A DNA stretch of 64,000 nt from an uncultured Nitrososphaerota archaeon (GTDB lineage Archaea; Thermoproteota; EX4484-205; JAAOZP01): assembly GCA_964635675.1 (NCBI GenBank), contig CAZWPT010000004.1, positions 4,744-68,743 of the forward strand. Reading direction: 5' to 3'. This document shows positions 61,101-64,000 of the stretch, in pieces. The notes below the pieces were generated by a model that saw only the letters and a list, made by a program, of their open reading frames with translations, was not told the origin of the DNA and searched no databases. The position numbers and the translations under genes were made by a program. Within the stretch, counting starts at the first letter, position 1; each line of letters starts with the position of its first letter.

Positions 61101-63465
61101 CCCGGCGATGACCGACGCCATCCACGTGGCTAGGAACGTGCCTAAGTTGGCGAAGGGCTTCGGAATGCTCGTATCGACAATCAGCAGGATGAAGAAACTG
61201 GGCATCCCAGTCATCAAAGCGTTGAAGATGGATGCGGAGGGCGCGATCGACCTAGCCGGCATCTTCGGAAAGGTCTTGGACGCAGCGGGAGAGAGGAAGA
61301 TCAGCGACGAAGCCGTCCAAGCCATAAGGGAGCTATGCGCAAGGGCAACTGAACTTGGGGAAGAAGAAGTCAAGAAGCTAGCGGGAAGCATCGACACCCT
61401 GCTCTCAAAGAACACGAAGTTCACCGACGGGTTCGCAACCTGGGCCCGGAAGGCAAACCCAAGCGTGGAATGGGTGGTTAAGACCACGGGGAAGCTCAGT
61501 AGCCTTGATGCCAATGAACTTGAGGGCCTGGGTAAAGCGTTAGCAAGAATAGGAGATAGCTTCGGACTAAAAATATTCGATACTTACTTCTTGGCCCTTG
61601 AATCGAAGCAGTACGGTAAAGGCATCGCAGACGCATTCGTCGAGGCGGTTTCGAAGAATTTAAACTTATTCAATGACTTCGTCCGGGCAATAGAAGAGGA
61701 ATATCTAATATACTTTGAAAAGGCTCCAAGCACTTATGAGGTTCCTATTTCAGGAGACCAGAGCAAGATCCAAGGGAAGGTAGTTTACGTGTACGTATTG
61801 GATCGAAATACAAAGGATATCGTAGCAGAGGGTCCGAGAAAGGTCAAGCAACCCGCCCCAAGTGAAGAACCTCAAAAGAACTTTGCATTCCCAGATAGCA
61901 ACATAAAGCATGGTGATGAATATCTAATCCTGACAAGGGGTTTCACAGCCGAGGATTTCTATAACAAGTATGACGTAAAAGGCAGGCTCGTAATGGAAGG
62001 TGGGAATGTATACTATAGGGATTCCAACGGCAAGGTCCTTAAGCAGCTCGGTCCGGGTACCTTAGATGGATATAGAGAGAGGGTATGGGTAGACTTCATA
62101 TATAAGGACCTCACTAAGGTGTCTAAACCAGAAGATGCACGCGAGTTTAGACTTCGCGTATCCAGTTCCGGAGGGCTGAAATTGGTATATCCCTCTCCTG
62201 AATATGAAGGTTGTCCTCTAATGGGAGCGGAGCTGAAGTCCATCAAGGATGATTCTGGCAACGTTGTGGCTGAGCTGTTGTTCCTGCGGGTTACGGAGGA
62301 AAGTAGAGTCATACACCTCTTGAGCAGGAACATTCCACAGGCACAGATGTTATGCTTAATCGACGCTGAGAATGCCCTTGGGTTTAAGATCGGGCAAGAG
62401 ACGCTGAAGATCAACGGATTCCTTGAGAAGATTCTCGATCCCGATGTTTACAGCAAGCTCCTGATGGACCTTGACAACGGTAAGGCAGCAGTTGCAGCGT
62501 TTTTCGAGACCTACGAGGGGAAGGAAGCTAAGTGGACGGGTTCCTCTCGTATGGAACTTTACATTCCACAGGAGGCAACTAAGGTATCAAAGTATTACAT
62601 CGTCTGGGCGAACGGCATGGAGCAAAGGGTTGACAGGACCACTTTCAAGTTCTCGGACCAAGGCGTGCTGATCAGCGGACCCGAAGGGACTAAATTGCTA
62701 CAGGTTGACTATGGATTCAAGGAACCTCGCGGGAAGGAAATCTCACTCGTTATGGGCTTTCCGTTTAGGGATACCAGAGAAATAGGCTTCGTGATGGACG
62801 TAGATAAAGATGGAAACCTAAAGTTTGATGTCAAGCTAAGGAAGATAGATGAGGGAGAGCTTAAGAAGAGCTGGAGGATAGCTGGATGCGAGTATCAGAA
62901 GACCGAGTACACTTTGAAGATAGATGGCGAAGACGTCCAGCTTAAGGAGGTTTTAGTCATCTATAGGGATGATGGAGGGAAGGAGATAATAGGTCTTGCC
63001 AGGCCGATTCCAGGAAAAATAGATACTGAGCATGTCATAGCTGTGATACATGGCGAGGATTACATTGAGAAGATGGGGGGCAAGGTAATTGGGTGCGAGA
63101 TCCTAGAACTAGATGGAGCTCGAAGAATAGATATTCTTGCAGAAATAAATGGCAGGAAAGCCATCGTTGAGGCTAAGACGGGAATAGAGAGTCCGCTCAG
63201 TAAGGGTGCACGTGAGCAACCTGAAAAAGATATGTTGCTCCTCCTCGGTAAGGGTAAAGAGAAGGACTATGAGAAAGCGTATTACTTCTTCAGCAAGAAA
63301 CCTTCAAGTGAGGGAGCAAGAGAATACCTTAAAATTATAAGGGAGGTTTATGTTAAATATTGTAAGGAGTATCCAGAGCTAGAGAACAGGGTCTTCGTTA
63401 TCATTGAAAATGGAAGCCCGGTATTACCGACGGATCCCTTTTTAGATTCATACGTAAATCCGTAG
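58108..63465 (+). CDS. Giant exported protein with Ig/CARDB-like domains and C-terminal PD-(D/E)XK nuclease-like domain (putative polymorphic toxin)
   Basis: N-terminal hydrophobic signal, CARDB-like NNGGGAARNI..GSVEAGES, hydrophobic helices at aa about 812-860 and 952-990, C-terminal RIDILAEINGRKAIVEAK (D1675, E1688, K1690). GAGGTGA RBS; overlaps the upstream gene by 16 nt. Confidence 0.75.
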   Translation: MEEKVTGILLILLTLSLEFNSILLVRFIRVSAQPEEFAKKLEEYLGKAIPDDLLAEECEYVVPEGFNNTFAERLWKDLSFYVSAGCTTEELRDELKKVYGNSSLVNATLSNGAMVTLNISGVAVEREWDGSVSIKIPVASKNNLSYSHYNFTKQAGFYEAWNKTLVREYRVWRREQGWYTYVFEDLESSRSFTIVSRIWGEASVVEEAWLGGLRKLGGGAWNEPVRYLPSFEYTLWGWMRVKGPVVAVPGHYEDVRIIVPQQERSFKVLFPAYDPFWYEGWTISINFSSTSLSIGETLEISYLAEYCSPFGGEPEPLNATLTLNAPDSFQPLDSVERRLDETHIAGVFRLKAAKPGTYNITLRLDGNAVFSNTLSNMETYTVQVVSPPAPSLGIEIVSRDTSVLKHARLILRLRNNGGGAARNITMVITGSHLESVVRSVGSVEAGESRDVELSLRLLQPSSMARIRVAYSDDDGNPYLVGLETMVSTETFWVPEHFETYTVTVPEHEETHRVFVPGFESATHIRLYALWDERIIGEAIFHGEKLGRQVYDVEYLQWLLYNRTALSLGLVPIPVPGLGVELSISTGREALTEAGVKMMIKSIEPHYEYIGILKEDDALRLVNADKESLRNGNVSSDFKIEPLKPYWVKGKPIVLNSTQFALYQATMEGLKKKNPDLDYEFRETIADVRTRVGEAELGYIVLISHPLKVVGEGPLKTVRVRNFAAIGFEYTVNVETSQLTFLGNAPGEKAWKKLYLDGKEDAVLLSSSLDAREQEVKVNLTLNGRLVAKTIFRLEPESSVFWRGFWEGFRGELWRIVLTGAVMVVLTVASKGTVGAMALKLSELAFLSTMILFNAVTQYAELGQVFSRAFTLREVGNVIRDEARQFSNIGYHGTASFLNDAADEITHVVKSVEANFSSILDFLSRVGTDMSLQEWEVLLGLRKAEPYENGRVWGKVTGIAVSLAVFVAGFCNLAASGATPASLGAKAKAVLHGLYNWLTPAMTDAIHVARNVPKLAKGFGMLVSTISRMKKLGIPVIKALKMDAEGAIDLAGIFGKVLDAAGERKISDEAVQAIRELCARATELGEEEVKKLAGSIDTLLSKNTKFTDGFATWARKANPSVEWVVKTTGKLSSLDANELEGLGKALARIGDSFGLKIFDTYFLALESKQYGKGIADAFVEAVSKNLNLFNDFVRAIEEEYLIYFEKAPSTYEVPISGDQSKIQGKVVYVYVLDRNTKDIVAEGPRKVKQPAPSEEPQKNFAFPDSNIKHGDEYLILTRGFTAEDFYNKYDVKGRLVMEGGNVYYRDSNGKVLKQLGPGTLDGYRERVWVDFIYKDLTKVSKPEDAREFRLRVSSSGGLKLVYPSPEYEGCPLMGAELKSIKDDSGNVVAELLFLRVTEESRVIHLLSRNIPQAQMLCLIDAENALGFKIGQETLKINGFLEKILDPDVYSKLLMDLDNGKAAVAAFFETYEGKEAKWTGSSRMELYIPQEATKVSKYYIVWANGMEQRVDRTTFKFSDQGVLISGPEGTKLLQVDYGFKEPRGKEISLVMGFPFRDTREIGFVMDVDKDGNLKFDVKLRKIDEGELKKSWRIAGCEYQKTEYTLKIDGEDVQLKEVLVIYRDDGGKEIIGLARPIPGKIDTEHVIAVIHGEDYIEKMGGKVIGCEILELDGARRIDILAEINGRKAIVEAKTGIESPLSKGAREQPEKDMLLLLGKGKEKDYEKAYYFFSKKPSSEGAREYLKIIREVYVKYCKEYPELENRVFVIIENGSPVLPTDPFLDSYVNP

Positions 63466-63540
63466 GAGAATGAGCTTGGCTTCCCTCCTTCACGTAAGCT
63501 TATATGGGTTGGAAAGGTTGTAAAACGTGAGGTAGCGAAA

Positions 63541-64000
63541 ATGGTAGAGAGACATATGTTGATTTGGGTTCCCTCAAGGGTTCGGGGTAAAAAGAGGAAA
63601 ATGGTGGAGATGGGGTTAGAGGAGCTATGGGAAAAGAAAAAGGCTTCTAGTATTGTCCTTAGTGACAGTTGGAAGTTTTACACCACGGGTGACTCTTGGC
63701 TTATGATGCAAAGAGGCCTCACGTACCTACCTGAAATAATAGACTCAACGACGTTCGCGTTCTACAGGCTTTCAGATCATTACAACGTCCCCGTCGAGCG
63801 TGGGGCATATCTCTTCATGAGGAACGAGAATATGGTGAAGGAAGGATTGAGGGAGATGTATCCACATGCTGCAAAGCTGGCGGAAAAAGTGGATGTAAGA
63901 GTTAAAATGATTAGGAACATCGGCTATGGTAAATATTATTTCTGTTGGCCCGTCGAGGTCGTTGGCCTGGAGGAGGTTAGAGAGGAAGTCAAAAGGCTGC
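63541..64000 (+). CDS. Hypothetical protein, candidate immunity protein (3'-truncated by window edge)
   Basis: Hand translation: MVERHMLIWVPSRVRGKKRKMVEMGLEELWEKKKASSIVLSDSWKFY...EEVKRL, no stop up to 64000. GAGGT RBS before 63541; alternative start at 63601. Confidence 0.75.
   Translation, partial: MVERHMLIWVPSRVRGKKRKMVEMGLEELWEKKKASSIVLSDSWKFYTTGDSWLMMQRGLTYLPEIIDSTTFAFYRLSDHYNVPVERGAYLFMRNENMVKEGLREMYPHAAKLAEKVDVRVKMIRNIGYGKYYFCWPVEVVGLEEVREEVKRL

Noticed and set aside
59253-62414. Long antisense ORFs (133-210 aa) within the giant gene, and similar shadows in herA, GH3, ROK and GH78
   Set aside because: Antisense shadows of real CDSs: Ser/Leu/Pro-rich with no motifs.
58108-63465. Interpretation as an S-layer protein, an intein/HINT-containing protein or a restriction-modification enzyme
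   Set aside because: No C-terminal membrane anchor, no HINT motifs seen and no adjacent methyltransferase. An exported nuclease with a downstream small ORF fits a toxin better.
1-64000. CRISPR arrays, tRNA or rRNA genes, IS elements
   Set aside because: By eye I found no regularly spaced repeats, cloverleaf/T-loop signatures, rRNA-like stretches or transposase/integrase motifs. GTTTCAA-like words occur but are scattered inside CDSs.

Overview
Gene-dense archaeal chromosomal segment. Evidence for archaea: a nurA-herA-mre11-rad50 operon, GGTGA/GAGG RBSs, TATA boxes about 23 nt before leaderless starts, and V4R and DUF134 proteins. A TACK-type hot-spring lineage such as Brockarchaeota, Bathyarchaeia or Thermofilales is plausible but is only an inference. 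About 55 CDSs. Most of the window is an unusually rich carbohydrate-utilisation repertoire: GH50/agarase-like, GH3, GHL10-like, GH78, a frameshifted GH63/MGH1-like gene, orphan GH-like proteins, ROK kinase, HpcH aldolase, Gfo/Idh/MocA oxidoreductases, TIM-barrel isomerases, URO-D/MtaA-like proteins and amidohydrolases. It opens with an uncharacterised FtsX-like giant permease plus an OPT/DUF6785-like membrane protein. It also holds a divergent DNA end-resection operon: NurA-first gene order, short Rad50, and altered ATPase motifs in both HerA and Rad50. Relics include an aldehyde:ferredoxin oxidoreductase fragment with two frameshifts and a gamma-glutamylcyclotransferase fragment. The strongest novelty candidate is at the right end. 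It is a putative archaeal polymorphic toxin locus: a membrane-anchored coiled-coil accessory gene, a 1785-aa exported protein (Ig/CARDB-like stalk, hydrophobic helices, lower-GC C-terminal region ending in a PD-(D/E)XK nuclease motif), and an adjacent candidate immunity ORF that the ORF track missed and that runs off the window. By eye I found no rRNA, tRNA, CRISPR array or transposase. Family assignments come from motif recognition, not database searches.
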